A DNA stretch of 64,000 nt from Spizellomyces punctatus DAOM BR117. Its lineage: Eukaryota. Position numbers and translations under genes: made by a program. The stretch lies in the NCBI GenBank assembly GCA_000182565.2, contig KQ257462.1; one strand, given 5' to 3'. This document shows, in pieces, positions 11,978-25,385 of the stretch. Positions within the stretch are counted from its first letter, which is position 1, and each line of letters starts with the position of its first letter. The notes under the pieces are model-generated. The model had not been told where the DNA came from. It saw only the letters and a program-made list of their open reading frames with translations, and did not search any database.

Positions 11978-14900
11978 ATGAGCGCAACTGGCCGATCCGC
12001 TCCATCCGCCGCACCCCAACCAAAACCACGTACGGACGAGACAACCGAAAGCATCATTTTAGGATGGGAAGACGACACAGATGATATAACCAACCCACAC
12101 TCCCCTCGCCCCAAAAAACCAAAAATCCGCAATCTTCCCTCCCAACCTTTATCCTTTACTGAACCAACAATGTCCTTCTCAGCCAGCACAACAAGCGCAT
12201 ATCGCACACAAGACCACGTTGCGGAATTACAGCGACACGTGGAAGTCTTGAAGATTGAGAAGAGGGAGGTGGAGCTTGAGAGCGATGCCCGTGTGCGAGG
12301 TCTCGAAGGACAGTTGAGGGAGTTGAGAGGCGTCGTGCAGGATTTGGAACGTCAGGTTCATGTAAGGCAGATACTTGATATCCCCAGTCATTCATCAGAG
12401 TTCAATAATGAACGTGGATGGTAGGTTCTTACGGACGAGTTGGAGGTCAAAAATCTATTGCTTCGCAATGCCGAAATTCCCATAGCCCAATCTACTGAGC
12501 AAGCGTCAGATCGGTAAATACTCGTCGAATATGTAATGGATTGACCATGACATGCTCACTTAATCCCCCGAAAAAGACCTCAGATTAGTATCTCAGTCCT
12601 CACAGAGAACGCACGTTTGCGTGCAGAGTGCAGTGCACTAAAAAAAGCCTTGGAAAAGAGTGCAAAACCACAATCGGTATCGTTTACTAATGAGCAGAGC
12701 TCAGGGCAAAGTATGTGTGAGTGTAGTACGACACTTGGACTGGGAAACTGATGCTGGAATCTAGTAGCGGAAGAGGTGAACCGCCTCTTGAGCAAGGCTC
12801 CACAAAGGTCGGCCCGTGTCCCATGTACGTAAGTTGTTTTCTCCTGCCCGCCGGAACTGGACAGTCTCTTATTACTTCAGCAGCTCCTGTCCGTCAACAT
12901 GTGCGTCGAGTTGATCAGACTTGTCAAACGGACACGATAAACCTCCACAAGTGCTCCCACCAGTCACAAGCCGCTCTCGTAGATAAACTGACCGCCGAAC
13001 TGAATGCCGAAAAGGTTGATTCTCATTCCGACAGTCTTATCCTCTATCCGCATTAAAATGCTCTGCAGTCTCAATCTAGAAAGAACGCAAAGGAATTGGA
13101 TGATATGAAATTCCTTCTGAAGGATTCACAGCAAGAACTCAAAAATCTCCAACAAAAGTATCACATCCTCTCTGTTCGAGCTGAATCCGCATTGACAGCA
13201 GAGCAAAACCTGCGTAATGCATTATCGGAGCATAAAGACATGCTAAACAAATACGAGGACCAGATTGTGGAAGGTGATTCGCAGGTGGTATGTCACCCAT
13301 AACTTTAGGCAATATATCCATCATCAACATTGTGGACTGCTCACAACGACCCATGAGCAGAAACACTACAAGACGGAACTGGATCGTCTCAGCGCTGAGT
13401 ACAAACGGTACAAAGCTGCACAAAAGTTGGTGAACGAATCGAACGATAAAAACATTGAACACTTGAAAGAGCTCCTGAAAAAGGTGTGGTCGGACCGTAT
13501 CATCGCGGCATCGCTGTCAGCTGCGGTGGGAATTGACAGTTTCCTTGTCTCTCTTAGGCGCTTGAAAGGCCCACCTCATCTACTGAGAATAAGGTAATCC
13601 CCGACCGCGTCCTAATCAATACTCAAAGCTCAAAAGCCTCATTTTATCCACCCCTCAAGGATGTACTACTGTCGCCATCCATCGCTGCAGAACTCAAAAT
13701 GTACCGAGATGGCTACGAAGGCGAGATTGCACTGCTCCAGACCCAATTACGGACCTTGACTCTGTGAGTATCCTAATGTCCCTTAATACCACGAAATCAA
13801 ATATTTATAATGCGTAGCGAAAAGGACGAAATCGAGAAGCGATTGCAAATTTCACAGCAGGAGGTAGAACGTTTACGCCAGGAGGCGATGCGAGCAAGAA
13901 AATTGGATCAAGATGCTCTGGCATTGTAGGTTCCACATCATTGGATATAGAACGTTCCATGTGGTAATTTCCCCTCTACCTTAGAAACTTAAAAGTTGAA
14001 GAAACACTACGAAAGTTTGCCAAAGTCAAGCTCGAGCTCGTCAAGGAACGCAGCTTTTCTCACGCGTTGCAACATCAGATTGAAGACCTGGTATGCTGTC
14101 AGCTACGTATACCGTCGAGCTTTGGTCGTGGCATGGGCTCATTGGACAATGCCTCTTTTTCAGACAACTGCACAAGAGACCAACACGAGGATCCGAAAAA
14201 AGAAGGAGCATCTGATTTCGAACATGAGAGCCGAAATCACGCGGAAGGTATGTAGAGTAGGACATGTGTGGGAAAGCAGTGATTTATTCACTGTTGCACA
14301 TCAACAAGGATAGAATGCTCTTATCAAAGAATCACAAACGGAGCTGCACAAGCTCACGACCTCCTTCAAGGAACTGGAGCAAAAGCACAAGGCTCTTGGG
14401 TAAGGTGCTCCCATATTGGCCTTTTCGTTACCGAATGGTGTGGATTTACCAAATGATCAAATAGTTCATCACAAACGAGCAAAGATGCGATGATTTCAAA
14501 CTTGAAAGCCAAGAACGACACTCTTGCGCATCAAATTGAAGCGATGAGCAAAGAACGCGAACATGTGGCGGATAGTAAAATGAAAGAGGTGGAGCGCAAG
14601 TGGAAAATGGAATTGAAGCGAAAGGGGGAGATGGCTGATTCCTGGAAATCCCGATGGGAACAAGTATCAAAGGTTTTTTGTCGTATTCAACCGTCGTCCC
14701 CATGCTTCCCCATCCGACACCTCCTTACCAGTGTGATTTTTAGGAACTCGAAACGTTGCGCAAACACACGCAGACCTTCATCTCACCTAAACAGCACACA
14801 AGCACCATTGAGTCCCTGCATCTTGCGACAAAACGCCTACAAACAGCAGAAGAACGCGCCCAGCAATGGCAACACAAGCATGAGCAGCTTCAGCGTGCTT

Positions 14901-15337
14901 TGGAACGCATCGTCGAGAATCTCGTGCATCAGAAAACTCTAGGAGGCGGGAGTTTGTATGAATTGCCACCAGTGGGTGACACAGATTCTACTATGGACCC
15001 AGCTGTTTTGGAGAAAGCAAAAGAAATATCAAAACGAGTATGTAAAAATCTGCGTATCATACTGCTTGTCTACAGTCGTTGATCAATCATTCCTTCACAG
15101 ATTCTTAACGTAGATTACGACAATATCATGGCACCATCTACAACGATGAGTCAAGACTCTGGAATTGATATACTGTCCGTATTTGACTCCAATGACCTAC
15201 GAATGTCGTATGTACAGAGAATGAAAGAATTGTAAGTCCTAGTATTCGTTCACGGACCCATCGATTGGACATTTGAGTTTAATCTGAAAGCACTTTTTCT
15301 GCCAATCATGGATCAGATTTTTGAGGCCGCAATTTGA
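11978..15337 (+). CDS. Multi-exon coiled-coil protein (possibly centrosomal/basal body)
   Basis: Many short exons encode heptad-rich E/K/Q/L segments (VAELQRHVEVLKIEKREVELE, LKDSQQELKNLQQKY, LQTAEERAQQWQHKHEQLQRALE). Exon boundaries are approximate. Confidence 0.7.
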
Positions 15338-15651
15338 AGAAGAGTTGGTGGGACTCGTATCTGAGGTCGTCGCTGGGTCTTAGATTATTTTATACTATAT
15401 ACATGTATATGAAAGGTTCATTCAAATATCTTGCTCCATACGTGTGTCTTTTGTTAAAGAAAATGATGGCTGGCTGCGCTGCGCTGCTGCGCACGGACTG
15501 TTTTGCTTACGTAGCGTGGAGCCGCGTACTCATCCAGACGCGGGTTAACACAATCTTTTGACTTTGACAGGCTCAAATTGACACCTTTTGCTTTTTGAGC
15601 AAACTTGGACAACATCACAGCCTTATAGCAAATTTGGGATATATCGCAATC

Positions 15652-17352
15652 ATGCCTCCAGCACGGCTACGGAAGGCTACCACCATGGAGGTAGACGGTG
15701 AGCACACCTCGTCACACTTGCGGCTGCGCCTTTAGTCAACAAGTTGAGCTTAACAAGGTCACCATGTGTGTTTATGCAGATCTTAGTACCGCAATGGCAA
15801 TATGCTCTATTGAACCAGGGCATCTCGCGGGAATGGCTACTGCAGCCGGTAAGTCGCTAGAAAACGGCTTCCAACACCTGTCACTCGTTGAAACATTCAA
15901 ACTCATGTGTCGCACTGATTATTTAGAGCCGATTGACTTTGAATCTGATTCGGACGATGACTCGTATGTTCCTGACAGTAGAGACTCTGAAGAGGATTCT
16001 TCTCTTGAGGAAGATGAAGGTGACGAAGAGTACCGTGATGGCGATGATTATGACGATCTCATGGAGGATGATTGCAGTATGTAATGCTGGGCTGATGCTG
16101 ACTGCGGACAAGCAGTGCTGACAGTTGGTTCTTAGAACTTCTCCTCCAGGAATCACAAAACATGAATACCGCAAGTTATCACATCGACGACGATGACGAC
16201 GATGACAATGGTACCACGTTTCGTTTGCAGGTGTACGCCTTCTCTGTTTCTTATCATTAACATAATACAGTTTCAGAATACTGTCCCAGCGACACTGAGG
16301 AAGAAATTCGTCCTTGTCCTAAACCTTGGAAGATCCGAGCACACAACGCGGTTGCCCAGCTGAGCCAGCTTTACAATCTCCCGCCCACCACCCCACTTAC
16401 TCACTGGATCGCGCGCATGAGAAAGTACAATAGGCATGAACACAGATGGATGGATAAAGGCCCAGTAGTGCTTTACATTCCCCCTGGACGCCCTGATTGG
16501 CTGTGCGCGAACTATCTCTACGGGATGAAAAGTATTGCACTGAATATGAAGAGTATGTCTCGTCGTTTCTGTGCATGTACCTTAGTGCACCAGATTGTAA
16601 CACTATTTTATTAACTTTTTTCGCTAGTTCCGGAGCATTGGGCGCGCTATCAGTCTTTCAGCGGCAAGTACGCACTCTTTTCAACTTGCGGCCACAATGG
16701 GATTTTCCGATCCACGTGGAAATATCACCTTGTTCCCATTACTTCCCTCATTCCCAACCAGCTCCTGGAACGCTTTGCCGACGCCGAACCTGATAGACAC
16801 ATGGTTATGCACTATGTTCACAAAGTTGTTCCTGTCCAACAACGTACACCAACAACTGTATTACTCCGGTTTGTCGATGTTTCTGGTAGTAAAAGCGGCG
16901 AAGATGTATGCGCCGATTTTCAAAGGAGGATGCATGAGAATGTGGAATGGGTTCGAAGAATGGCTTTTGAAGAGAGGTACAACAGCTTTACTCTGCCGCA
17001 AAATGTATGGGGAGTGGAAAGGGTGTCCATTTACGGAGCGTGTGCAGAGTTTGTTGAAAAGGTAGGTATGAGCTTTAATGACAAAGCAGTCCTTATCGCT
17101 CTGATGTGTTAATGATGTGTTGACTTTGTGACAAAACAGCTCGCACTCACCGGTCTTAAATGGAACCCGGTAGAGGCACTCGAGCAAACAACTTGCACAT
17201 TCTGTAGTGCCACCCTTGCATTTGATAATCCTTCCATAGACCCCGTCATCGCCCATAAACAACACAAAGATGCCATGCGATGCCGATGTCCTTTTGTATA
17301 TGCTCCCGGCGAGATCCCTGCACCCACCCTCCCTGTGTACACTCTAAGATGA
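15652..17352 (+). CDS. Multi-exon protein with acidic N-terminus and C-terminal BIR/C3HC-like zinc-binding domain
   Basis: EERYNSF...W...|LALTGLKW...CTFC-x16-H...CPFV across intron 17062-17139. Upstream exons join in frame (…ALNMK|IPEHWARYQSF…). Confidence 0.7.
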
Positions 17353-17577
17353 ATTGGTAATGCTATGGCTGGTGATTATCATGTGGATAGATGGGATATT
17401 GTGGATATCTTGTTATTTTGTGGATATGCTCTTTCTTACGGGCAAGGGCACAGCGACAACACCGTTGTTCTCGCTTTGCGGCCAACAGGGCCAGGTATTA
17501 TAATACAGCTCTTATGTACACACACTACTTTACAGTTTTACAACATGCCATTTTTGGGTATACCATCCCGAAGACTC

Positions 17578-19224
17578 TTAGGGCATCATTGACCCACCAA
17601 ATAAAAATTCGTCGTCATTCTCCCCCTCGACGGAATTCTGATGTATTCCCAATCCGAGCACTTCATGTACCTCATGCCCACGGACAATTTCCGGGCCTCC
17701 CCTCGGGAGAAAATAGCTCATTTCCTGCTCTTCTACTATGAATTCTTGTTCACCACGCGGAGAAGAGTCGGTTGGAAAGAGATGGGAAATCAACGATGAG
17801 TAGTTTATCGCTTTGGACCAATTCCTGGTCTGTTGAAGTGTGTGCCACCTGTCTCCGTAGTTGGGCATCGCTATACGGTTGTCTACCACAGAGGTAATCT
17901 GAGTAGAGCGAATATTACTTTGAGCTCCTTGATCCGCATGCTGAGGTACAGAGGTTGCGGGAGTGTCCGTCACAGGGTTCCATAGCAGAGACTCTTCCGC
18001 TGCGGCTTTCAAAGCGGCTAGTTGAGCTGGACCGATCATGTCAAGGAGATCATCCTCGCTCATCGAATCATCCTCTGAATCTTCCAACCCTTCATAGTCG
18101 CTGCTCAACCAATCAATATCCAGGGCATCTTCATCCGATTCAACTTGCTCTTCTTCCTGATCGCTTTCTTCTGCCATCTCCCCTATTGAACCATATAGCC
18201 ACCTAGATACCCATGTTACCCAACCAGTGCTAGTGGAGTTGGTCGGAGGCGCGCTCCTCGCCCTCCCATGGTGCCTTTTGGCTAAATCCGCCTTCTGCCG
18301 GGCCGCACGTTCACGACGACGACGATTCCATAGTAAGAGTTCAACCTCAAAGAGATCTAGTTGAGTGCTACCTCTTGCACGGTACAAAGGATGGTCGATT
18401 GGCGGGGGCATGGATGGCAGCGGGGCGGGTGGTGCGGCGTCACTCTTTTTGGGGGTATGACTGATTGTGGACTCCCATCCCGGCCCCAGAAGACGGGAGT
18501 AGATGACATTGATATCCACGCCTCGGTTAGGAGTCCTGGTACTCTTTGATTGCCTTCTACGAGCTCTGGGTGTCCCACATTTTGAATTATTTCCATTGCT
18601 TCGCAAGGACTGCCTTCGCGCTACACTGTTTGCTCCGCCAATCGCTTCTTCTAACATCAATCGCCTCTTCCTTTTGGCTTCTGATGTAGGTCCAAAGAGA
18701 ACGTCTGTAGTAGATCCCAAGCCGCTCAAGGTTGCCTGTGATCCACCGATATCAGTTGCACTACTGCCCCGTCTGCCAATCGAGGCGGCTGATGACCGAC
18801 GCCGTATAAGATCTACGATCCGCTCATTACGCAATAATGCAACTTTTACATCATAGGCATCGTCAGTTGTCCCATTTTTGCGTATGACTATCGGCTCCAC
18901 AGTACTAAAGCGTCTCATAGCAGTCGTTTGGGTCGGTGCCTCATTCACTTCCTGTCGTTGCGTCTTTAAATGCATCTTTTTAAGCAATTTTTTAATCATT
19001 GCAGGCTTTGCTTTTCCGGTCAGATTGTTCTGTGGTTTGGTCAAAGCAGTCAAATCAACGACGGTGTTGTCTTGCCCATTTTGACGCTTATTGGCTCCTC
19101 CACGGTGCGTGAACCACCTTGGCTTTTGCCCTTGTGATGGCAGTGCATTTGAAAGGGAAGACGTATGAAGGTAATTGTCTGGGATGTGAGATTGGAGCAT
19201 GGGCTGTTGTTGGTAGTTTGGCAT
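17578..19224 (-). CDS. Intronless hypothetical protein, about 550 aa, basic/disordered with an acidic tract
   Basis: Long ORF (17578-19248); first ATG gives MPNYQQQ; no recognised domain. Confidence 0.7.
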   Translation of the reverse strand: MPNYQQQPMLQSHIPDNYLHTSSLSNALPSQGQKPRWFTHRGGANKRQNGQDNTVVDLTALTKPQNNLTGKAKPAMIKKLLKKMHLKTQRQEVNEAPTQTTAMRRFSTVEPIVIRKNGTTDDAYDVKVALLRNERIVDLIRRRSSAASIGRRGSSATDIGGSQATLSGLGSTTDVLFGPTSEAKRKRRLMLEEAIGGANSVARRQSLRSNGNNSKCGTPRARRRQSKSTRTPNRGVDINVIYSRLLGPGWESTISHTPKKSDAAPPAPLPSMPPPIDHPLYRARGSTQLDLFEVELLLWNRRRRERAARQKADLAKRHHGRARSAPPTNSTSTGWVTWVSRWLYGSIGEMAEESDQEEEQVESDEDALDIDWLSSDYEGLEDSEDDSMSEDDLLDMIGPAQLAALKAAAEESLLWNPVTDTPATSVPQHADQGAQSNIRSTQITSVVDNRIAMPNYGDRWHTLQQTRNWSKAINYSSLISHLFPTDSSPRGEQEFIVEEQEMSYFLPRGGPEIVRGHEVHEVLGLGIHQNSVEGENDDEFLFGGSMMP

Positions 19225-20181
19225 GGTTCTCTTGGCACTTGGACACACTGGAGAGCTTGCTCTAGAAACGCTGGGGTCGGAAGGTTTACGTAAGCAACCA
19301 GCCTCGATTACGTTTCAAAAGGCACCAAACTGTCCTGTGTGTTTTTCTTTTTTTCAGGCCTGCCTGCTGTCAGTGTGGGGAATGTCCAACTCCCGGCCAA
19401 TGGCCACACCATGCTGAGCCTTGGGGTGCATCATATCCACAAAAAGATTAGAAAAAAAAGGGATGGTTTTTATACTTGATGATGATGATTATTGCTTTCA
19501 ACCGACATGAATGCATGCAAAACATTGATTATCTGCATAATCCATGGCGAGCAAATACTCTCGATAGCATGTCAGATGAGTCCCAACAGCCAGCAAAGCA
19601 GGAAACAAGAAAGAATGCAAAACGCAAGTTGACACTTGTTCAAACGATGACACGTGCATGTGTGATGTGTGTGTGATATGCCCAAAAGGTGTTCCATTTC
19701 ACACCTTTTTTTGACTTCCGCAGCCCAGTTTCAAACTCGGAAATTGCGCATTAAAAAGAAATTCTGCCAGTGCGCAGTAAACACTCGCCCAAAAAACAAC
19801 TGCTGAATGGAATTTACCAACACACAAGCGTAGGGCATGTCAATTATTTACGGAAATATTTGATTAAAAAAGACGTTTTTGTATCGTTTTGGCTTGGGAG
19901 ACCCTCAACCCAGCAATGTGGGCACAGTCGTGCGAAACGTGTGGTGGCCCTTGATGAGTTGGGATGATGACTTTCTAGTTTTTGTTTTGCGATAAAACCT
20001 CCGATCACGCCGAGATTCGTGAAAGCGATTTTACGGTTTGAAGAGTATAGCGGTTCAGGAGCTCCTGAACATTTTAAAGGAATTCCCTGTTGTCGTCGTT
20101 TAAGCGTCGCTACGGGAAGCAGACTCAGACAGACTCTCGAGGGCCCAGCCTTTTACGGCTCAAGGTTGACGAGGGAAAATC

Positions 20182-23100
20182 ATGTCACAAAAGCCCTCTG
20201 CTGTCCATCAACCTCGTCTCATCGTCGCCAATCTTTTACGGGCATTGGGGTTTCCCGTCCCATCTGCTGCACCACCACAACCGCCACCACCGAAACCAAA
20301 GCGACGAATATATGTCAACATACCTCTTCCTCCCGTCGAGTGCGACCACCTTGGCCGTCCGCACCAACATTGGACAGGCAACAAGGTTCGCACCTCAAAG
20401 TATACGCCCTTGACATTTGTCCCAAAGAATTTGGCAGAGCAATTTAGACGTCTGGCGAATGTGTAAGTGACAAGAAATGTCATCAGAGAGAAACGTGGCC
20501 CCCAGTTGGTCCTCTCTCTCTCGGCTTTAGCGTATTCACATATGCCAATGATATTCATCCCTTAGCTATTTCCTTATGACCGTGATTCTTCAAATATTCC
20601 CCATGTTCGGCGTTGCTTCTCCAATACTTGCCGCGATGCCCCTGATCGTCATCCTGACAGTGACTGGGATTAAGGATGGGTTCGAAGACTGGAAACGACA
20701 CAAGACTGACAATATGGTCAACAATTCAATGACATGGACATTGAAAGGAAATTGGAAGAATGTAAACAGACCTCAAGCAAAGAAATCATGGTTGAACTTT
20801 GGGCGAAGGGTGGCGCCATGTGAATGCGGGCCCGGGACGGAGGACCCGCTATGTGCAAATTGTGCAAAGAAAGCAAAACCGAAAATCATACCGACTTTCG
20901 ACTTCCAACCTTCAAACGGACGTGCCTCTTTGACGACCATTGAGCCCCCGGAAGAAATGACACAAGGATGGGCTCGAACACCTTGGAAGGACCTTCATGT
21001 CGGCGATTTTGTCCTTTTAACAAGCGACAACCGCATTCCGGCCGACATTCTGATCCTGTCCACATCCGACTCACACGGGGTGTGTTTTGTGGAGACAAAG
21101 GGTCTCGATGGGGAAACGAATCTCAAATCCCGCGAGGCCTTGAAGGAAACTCTTTTCATCAAAACGGCGGCTGACTGTCATACTGGGCAGTTTATCATTG
21201 AATCTGAGGCACCCAACATGAATTTGTACAGCTACAGCGGGGCGCTTGTCATCCCGCCTCCTTGCGCAACTCTCAAACCAGTTCACGCCCAGCGGCGGTT
21301 ATCCCATAAACCGAGTATGATCAACGCGCTGGATCTCTTTGACGGCAGCCGCTCCGTTCCCATCAACATTCAAAACATTCTCCTCCGTGGTTCAATCCTC
21401 CGGAACAGTGCATGGGTGATTGGCGTAGTACTCTCAACCGGCATAGACACGAAGGTGCTCTTAAACGCTGGCTACACACCATCAAAGCGAAGTAGAATCG
21501 AACGGCTCATGAATCCCCAGGTTGCAATGAATTTTGCAATTTTGCTTGTGATGTGTGTGATTTGTGCCGGGATGGTCACCGCAATCATGAATGGGTGGCT
21601 GAAGGATAAGCCTCCATGGGTTACAGCAGGACACGATAACGCTAGAGTATCCGGGTTCTTTACCTTTTGGGCGAGTATGATTATGCTGCAAAATGTAGTG
21701 CCCATTTCTTTGTATATCACCATTGAAGGCGTGAAGACCATCCAGGTAGGTGTCTGAGATATGCATTTTGACCAGCCTTGCTTCCAAAGAATTATGCTGA
21801 TAGCCGCATTCCAGGCATATTTCATCTACAGCGATATTGACATTTACCATGAAGAAACGGACGACCCGTGTGTCCCTAAATCCTGGAATATTGCAGATGA
21901 CCTCGGACAGATCGAATACCTGTTCTCTGACAAGACGGGTACCTTGACCCAGAACAAGATGGAATTTATGCGATGCAGTATCGCGGGTGTTCCATACGGG
22001 CAAGGTTATACGGATGTAACAGCAGATCGCGAAGGGCTGGATCCTTCAAGTCGAGCTCAAAAAATGTCTGAGATGTCTCTCGAGATGCGCAAGACCACGA
22101 GCGCCATTTACAAGAACCCTCACGTGGAACCCGACACCCCGCTTAGCTTTGTGGACCCTAACATTTGGAGCGATTATAACACTGTGGATGGCCGATCGGT
22201 TATTCGAAACTTTTTTACGCTGCTCGCCCTGTGTCATACTGTCCTGCCACCAAAGCGCACAAACAACAGCGTGATAGAATATGCGGCCCAATCTCCCGAC
22301 GAGCAAGCATTAGTCACAGGGGCCAAAAACTGCGGCTTCACTTTTTTGGACCGAAAATTGGACGAAGTAACCATTGACGTCCTCGGAGAGATCAGAAAGT
22401 ACAGGGTGTTGAATATCCTGGAATTTACCAGCTCAAGGAAAAGAATGTCGGTCATAGTGAAGGATGAGCGTGATGGAAAGATTTGGCTGCTCTGTAAAGG
22501 GGCGGACAGGTTTGTGAAATTGGATGCTTCTTCACCAGTATATCGCAGTCGGTGACTCATACGTCATTTTCACAATTCTTAGTGTAATATACGAGCGCCT
22601 CGCACCAGGCCAGAGCATAATGTGCGAACAAACGTTGGTGCACCTCGAACTCTTTGCCAATGAAGGGCTCCGTACCCTGTGTCTGGCGCAGCGCGTGATC
22701 CCGGAATCTGAATACATTTCTTGGGCTGAGCGGTACCATAAGGCTGCTTGCACGCTGGTGGATAGGGAAAGGGAGATGGAGATGGTTGGAGAAGAAATCG
22801 AAAAGGAATTGGAATTGTTGGGTGCGACTGCAATTGAAGGTACGCGCTTTACCGTCAAGGAGCAGTAACGTTCACGGAGCTTAATGTAATCCGATGTGTG
22901 AATAGATAAATTGCAGGAGCAAGTTCCTGAATGCATTGCCTTGTTGCGACAAGCCGGGATTAAAGTTTGGGTACGTAATCATACAAAGTCGTCGTTAAAC
23001 GTCAATGGCAAAGCTAACCAGTGTCCTATCGCAACAGGTCCTAACCGGGGATAAGCTCGAAACAGCCATCAACATCTCATTGGCTTCCAATCTCCTTACT

Positions 23101-25175
23101 TCAAACCAAACGCTCATTGTACTGAAAGCTCATACGCCGCAAACCATCTTCTCCCAGCTCCGGGAAACTCTTGCCGAACATTCGGCAAACACAAATGTGG
23201 CACTCATTATTGATGGTGATTCCCTTCGGCATGCACTGTCTAAACCGGAAGGACAAGATCTACTTCTTCGGTTGTGCATGATATGCCAAAGCGTTGTCTG
23301 CTGTCGAGTGAGTCCAAAGCAAAAGGCACAGGTTGTTAGGTTGGTTAAACGGGGTGTTGGAGCCATGTGCGCTAGTATTGGAGACGGCGCGAACGACGTT
23401 AGGTTTGTACCGGCTTCTACTGATTTCTGATCGCCCTACCCGGTTATTTACCTATCGCGTGAACAGCATGATTCAAGAAGCGCACGTCGGCATTGGCATT
23501 TCGGGACAGGAAGGCCTTCAAGCAGCCATGGCTGCAGACTATGTCATTGCACAGTTCAAATTTTTGTCAAAGCTGTTACTTGTGCACGGTCATTGGAGTT
23601 ATTATCGAGTTGCGGTGGGTATTTAAAGTTCACCCAACATTTTCTGGAGCTGGTGACTGAGAAGCTATTTTGCTATAGGAAACTGTAATGAATTTCTTTT
23701 ACAAGAACTTGGTATGGGTCTTTTCATTGTTCTGGTATCAATTCTTTAGCGGGTAAGAATGAATGAATTCCGTAGATGGCAGGCACCATTTTTTCTGATT
23801 AGCGAGCTGGTCTCTTCTCCACTCAGGTTCAGCGCGGAAATCCTGTTTGACTACACCTACCTGATGTTCTTCAACCTCCTTTTCACTTCACTCCCTACTC
23901 TCATTCTGGGTATGCAAACGGAGAGTCGCACATGGCCAAAGAACCAACTTTCTGATAATCCTGATATATTTTATAGGTGTATTTGACCAGGATATCTCTG
24001 CACCCTACGCACTGTCCATTCCCCAGCTTTACGAACGAGGCATTCGACAAGAATTGTTTACCACAAGACGTTTCTTGTTGACGGTCTTCGATGCACTTTA
24101 CCAATCGAGCGTCTGCTTCTTTTTTGCCTATGCCCTAACGGTAGAATCAACTTGGGACTCATCCGGATACGGTGTCGATAAACGAGCTATGGGCACAATG
24201 GTTGCCATGTCTGCGATTATTACGGTCAACCTGGGCGTAGGAATGAACATTCGAAATTGGACATGGCTTGTTTTTGTGGTCATATTCGGAAGCACCGCAT
24301 TGTTTGTTGTTTATGTTCCTATCTGGAGTGTACTTCCTTCCAGTACGCTCAAAGGAGTAGTGACACATGCCTATGGAAATGCTTCATTTTGGCTGGGCGT
24401 CATTCTTTCCGTAGTGGTGTGCCTGTTACCGAGGATTGTCTGGCGATTGGGAAAAAGTATGATCGATCCACCTGATTTGGATCTGATACGCGAAAGGCAA
24501 AAGTATCGGCTAGGAACACCTCCGAGACTTGTCAGAGTGCACGAACACGCGGAAAAGGAGGAAAGTGTCCAAAATGGTACAGCCAAAATCGATTTGGAAA
24601 TGACTGAAGTTCGAAGACGAGTTTCGAGTGTGCGCCATAGGCCTAGCAAGGTTCTTACAAATGCAATTCCAGAAGAACCAGAACCAGGAGAAAAGGAAGA
24701 ACACCCGCACGGGGACGAAGACGAAGCAGAACTCGTCAGTCCCTACCCCCTATCACCCATATACCCGACAGTCCCACCAACGTCTCCTACGCAGGCAGAG
24801 GCACCGGCTACACCGTCCCCCGTTCGTAGCCGCCGGCCCATCTCCGCGCCAATACCACGTATTACCACCAGCGGTCTTCCCCGAGCAAACCACGCAGACC
24901 GCTCCTTGTCAGCCTTTATCACACCGGAACCACATCATACTTCCCTCATCTTCATGGACTCGCGTACTACATCCCGAAACACTGGATACGCATTCTCGTT
25001 TGACGAAGGAGTTGTTTCACGGGATGTGGTTGGGGCGTTTTCAACAAGTGGTCTGTGTGAAATGCGGGACAAGGACGAAGAAGATGACACGGAGGATGAG
25101 GAGATACCCAAGATTTTGTCTGGCCGCAAGGCATGTGCCTCGGACGGAGAGTTATGGAAGGAAACTCGACGCTAA
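20182..25175 (+). CDS. DNF1: P4-type ATPase phospholipid flippase (Dnf1/Dnf2-like), multi-exon
   Basis: [43 protein letters not shown] (phospho-Asp), [31 protein letters not shown], and C-terminal TM segments. Confidence 0.93.
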
Positions 25176-25385
25176 GATGTATCACAAGAACAGTCTATAG
25201 TAGCTATCATATGAAATTTTGTTTGGAACTATGACACTTGTACAGTCAATTGATGATTATCTTACAATGTAGTAACATGTCTTTTGTTTACAGCCGTGCT
25301 ATGCTGCTTCGTATATTCTTTGTTCTACGCTCAGAAATTATTTAAAGATAATATTATACAATTATAAAAGATGGTGCGTGCAGCG

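Noticed and set aside
17630-17720. FLPRGGPEIVRGHEV resembles the PPP-phosphatase RxHE motif
   Set aside because: No other phosphatase motifs (GDxHG, GDxVDRG, GNHE) occur in the protein.
20053-20070. Perfect 18-bp palindrome GTTCAGGAGCTCCTGAAC, with box C/D-like motifs nearby
   Set aside because: Such a palindrome is not unexpected once in 64 kb, and no rRNA-complementary guide was recognised.
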